Shown: piece by piece, positions 60,528 through 64,000 of the stretch
How the letters are laid out: every line of letters begins with the position of its first letter
Position numbering within the stretch: position 1 is the first letter of the stretch
From: the human T2T-CHM13v2.0 reference genome, Homo sapiens
Length of the DNA stretch: 64,000 nt
Direction: 5' to 3' (one strand)
Assembly: GCF_009914755.1 (NCBI RefSeq)
Contig: NC_060938.1
Translations under genes and position numbers: made by a program
The notes under the pieces: generated by a model
What the model was told of the DNA's origin: nothing
The model's database searches: none
The model's input: the letters and a program-made list of their open reading frames with translations, nothing else

Positions 60528-61594
60528 TTAGATATATGTATTGCAAATGCTTCACATTATTAGTTACTTTTTATACCCTTAATTGCTTCTTTTAATAGGT
60601 AGAAATCCTTAAATCTGAATTTGTCTATTCATCATTTCTCCTTCATAGTTACTGTTAGTGTTACATAGTTACTCTTGTTTTATAAAATTTGTCTATCTCA
60701 AGGTCATGAATAGAATATTTCATCATATTTTTCTGGAATCTTTATTGTTTCATAAGCCATCAGAAATTACTTTTTGTATATGATGTGATGTACAGTAAAA
60801 ATGTATTTATTTCCACATAGATATCCAATTGACCTAGCACCATTTATGGAAAATAGCATTTTTACTCACCAGACTGCAATGATACCTTTTCTATAAATCA
60901 GGTGACCCTATATGTTCAAACTACCATTTCAATCTCTTTTCAATTTTATCTGTATATTTATCTATTGTTACACATATTTCATATAGTCTCAATTATTGTA
61001 ACTTTACAATAAATCTGGGAGTATAAATCCTTCAGTTTTATTTTTTTTTATTTCAAAATTGATGTAGCTATTCCTGGCCCTTTGGATGTAAATTGTAGAA
61101 TATGCTGTGCAATTTCTGCCAAAAGAAAACCTGATGTGATTTTTATTTAATTTATGAATTAAATTGGGGGAAACTAACATCTTTACAATAGTGATTTATG
61201 GTTCACTGTTGTGAACCATGGTTGGGAAACTATGAATGTGATCTGTTTTATTTTGTCTTTTTTAGTTTATCTAAATAAAGTTATGTTTTAGTTTAGAAGA
61301 CATGTATTTTTTTATAGATTCATTTCTGCATATTTGATGTCTAAAATGTTGTTGTTGATATATAATAAATTTTAATATTTGTTGCTACTGTAAATAAATG
61401 TAATTGATTTTCATATATTGACCTTGTACTCAATTACATTGTTAAGTCCATGCATTAATTCTAATACCTTGTGAATAGATATTTCAAAAAATTTTACATG
61501 CAAAATCATGTCATGTGTAAAAAATATGTTTTGTTTCTTCCCTGAGATTCCACATCTATCTGAATGTTTTCCATATGCTGAGCATATTTATCAT

Positions 61595-61970
61595 TTAGGA
61601 ATGATACAGGCCATGAGAACCATAAACCACTTCTAACAGTGGCTTAAAGATATAGAGAATTATTTTCTCACATAGTAGACAGTTTTTGCGTAGCTGCTGC
61701 CATTGGCTCAGTGGTTCAAAAGTCAGAGTCAGGCCATCAGTGGTACTCTAGGCCTGTTCTTAATGCTTTCAATATGGTTGAAGCAAACATATGCATCACT
61801 TAAGATATTAGAGAAGAGAATGAAGCCATCTATATACGGATCTTTATTAAAAAAATCCCCAAAAATCTTAAACAAAATCCTTATGTCTTATTGGACAGAA
61901 CTATGTAGCAAGAACATTCCTAGTTGTCAGAAAAATATAGATGAGTAATTTTATTTTTAAGTCCCAGTGA
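61595..61970 (-). mobile_element. Old MLT1 (K/L-type) LTR fragment
   Basis: taacagtggcttaaag...ttattttctcacata and ccttatgtcttattggacagaact. Confidence 0.5.
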
Positions 61971-62259
61971 AGGAATAGATAGGGACAAAGTATTTGCAAA
62001 TTACTTGTACATCAGCTAACAATTCCTGGCAGCTGAAGTTTGTTTTCTAATATTTTATTTTTGTTTTGGTGAAACTTTTTGATGATGACCAGACTTTGAA
62101 AATAGCTATTAAATAACTTGCTCACTATCATACATAATTACAGTACTTCTTTTAAGGTAATCATGAGTTATTTTTATCATATTATGCAATGTTGGTCAGA
62201 TTTTTCCCATTCCATGTTCTCCTTGTAGAGTTATATTAAATTACAACGAGAAATGCATC

Positions 62260-62510
62260 ATTGTGGAGAATCAGTATAGTTGAAAGTTGAGATTCTGCAA
62301 TCATGAAGAGGGCTGTATGTGAGTCTTTGAATCACGTATTGTTTCTGTGATATTCAGCAAGTTATTGCATCTTTCTCAGCCTCAGTTTCCTCTAGGCATC
62401 CTGCTCTACATTTTATGAGATTTTTGTAGCTACCACATGTAAAACAGTCAGCATACTTCCTGGAAATGGTAAACATAAAAAATTAATAAATATTGTAAAT
62501 ATCATTATGA
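62260..62510 (+). mobile_element. MIR SINE
   Basis: gcaagttattgcatctttctcagcctcagtttcctc. Confidence 0.7.
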
Positions 62511-64000
62511 TTATTTTATAACAATTGCATTAGGTCTCCAGAAAAATTATAATTTTTCTGAAATAAGGTAATGCATAAAAATACAAAGAAATATAGTAAA
62601 AACAAGTCACTGATCAAAGGAAAATAAAATACTAACAATAAACAATTATATCTTTTCTATAATTTTAAATAAGCAAATATTTAAGGCATTTAAGTGGCAT
62701 AACTGGAGAGTCAGAATGTTGGCTGAAAGTAAAAGCAAAGCAATCAACAAAGTCATGTGAATTTCTATCCATTTGGCTACATCTCTCTCTGTCTCTCTCC
62801 CTTTTAGTTCTTTCGATATAACTGTAACACAAATTTAGGTAAAATAGCAATGAGGGGGTATGAGAATCTGATTAAAGCTATGCACACTCATTGCATAAAA
62901 GTATATACATATGTATAAACACATTTTGGTGTGTAATTTTAGAGATTTTGATATGTGTACACCCACACACACACACTTTGGTGTGTAATTTTGAAGATTT
63001 TTTTCTATATTGTGGAATCTAGAGGTGCCATGTATGGCAGAATAAAGCCTGTGAGTTGAATACATCCTCTTTTAGGCCATGTTCTTACCTCTAGAAAAAA
63101 AAAAAATGTGCTACTGCTATTTCTGTCCATTGGCATTGTTTACTAACTGAAATGAAACAAATACTCTGAAGCCTATGACAAAGCACGCAAATATGAAAGT
63201 ATTTCATAGGTAATCAGTGAAAAGGAACATCATTCCAAGGAATCTGAAAACCTAATTCTTCTGACATTTTATGCATGGCATTTATTTTCTCTCCTCACTA
63301 CTCACTCATATTCTAGCTTCCTGTACCAAACTATTGACAGAAAGGAGAAAATATCTCTTTCCTAGAAATTATATTTTTGTATGACTATCCTCTATAATTC
63401 CCTCCCTGTCTGTAAACTGTACATTCTAGGCCATGAAATATTCAACAAACACCATGGTGATGCCTTTTCTTCTAGACACCTCTATTTTACAAAACAGATT
63501 GTTTACAACTGTGTTCCTCTTCTGGCTAATGGGCACCCTGGGGAAATGTTGTTGGCTTTGAGACTCACCACATATTTCCAACAAATAACAATCCTAAAGC
63601 CAATAAAATCTGATAGCAGCAAATATTATTCAGTGATCTCTGAATGGAATAGGCTCATATTTCTCTTCCCCTTGGGGTATGAAGGAAAAGGACATATTGG
63701 GATGTGTGAACTGCAGCCACATATAAGCAAATGATTTCAAAAAGTAGTGGAGCATTTCATGTTCTTTGGAGTCAAATGGGAGTCCTACCCTGTCAAGCTT
63801 AGTTGCAGTGGTAACGGGTTTCTCTTTGGGGACCACAATATACATTCATTTGCTTCCCATTTGTTTTGCTGATACAGCAGCCATACCCTGGCAGGTGCTG
63901 CCGGGGACTGCCAGAGCGATGAAAGCAGATATAAATTACACCATTCTATTGGGTTCTCAGACCAATAGCAAGAATTAATGTTGCCCCATGAAGATCAAAG

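Noticed and set aside
62925-62992. Repeated tttggtgtgtaatttt flanking a CA run
   Set aside because: A short decayed local duplication in low-complexity sequence, with no evidence of function.

Overview
AT-rich, CpG-poor human genomic DNA, intergenic or deep intronic. The species call rests on an AluYb8 element, a human-specific subfamily. I find no credible protein-coding gene, RNA gene, CpG island or CRISPR array. The supplied ORFs are chance frames in Alu, LTR, L1 or low-complexity sequence. The window is a mosaic of transposon fossils: 13 near-full-length Alus and one monomer, MIR/L2/L1M fragments, solo LTRs (LTR12F, MER41B, MER4A1, MER67, MER74, THE1/MST/MLT1, LTR16-like) and DNA transposons (MER3, MER20, MER1B, MER44, Tigger4). 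Several are nested with intact target-site duplications (TSDs). Repeat subfamily names come from recalled consensus sequences and need RepeatMasker/Dfam confirmation. The most unusual items are four. (1) A MER41B solo LTR split by a ~0.9 kb THE1/MST internal+LTR fragment with no TSD and short inverted templated inserts at both junctions, which looks like capture during break repair. (2) A ~460 bp diverged duplication of apparently unique DNA (46159-46621 and 47757-48225) in which both copies keep a splice acceptor, a donor and an AATAAA. (3) A young AluYb8. (4) Perfect recent tandem duplications (80 bp x2, 18 bp x3.4, 19 bp x2). I cannot support a novel multi-gene system from this sequence.
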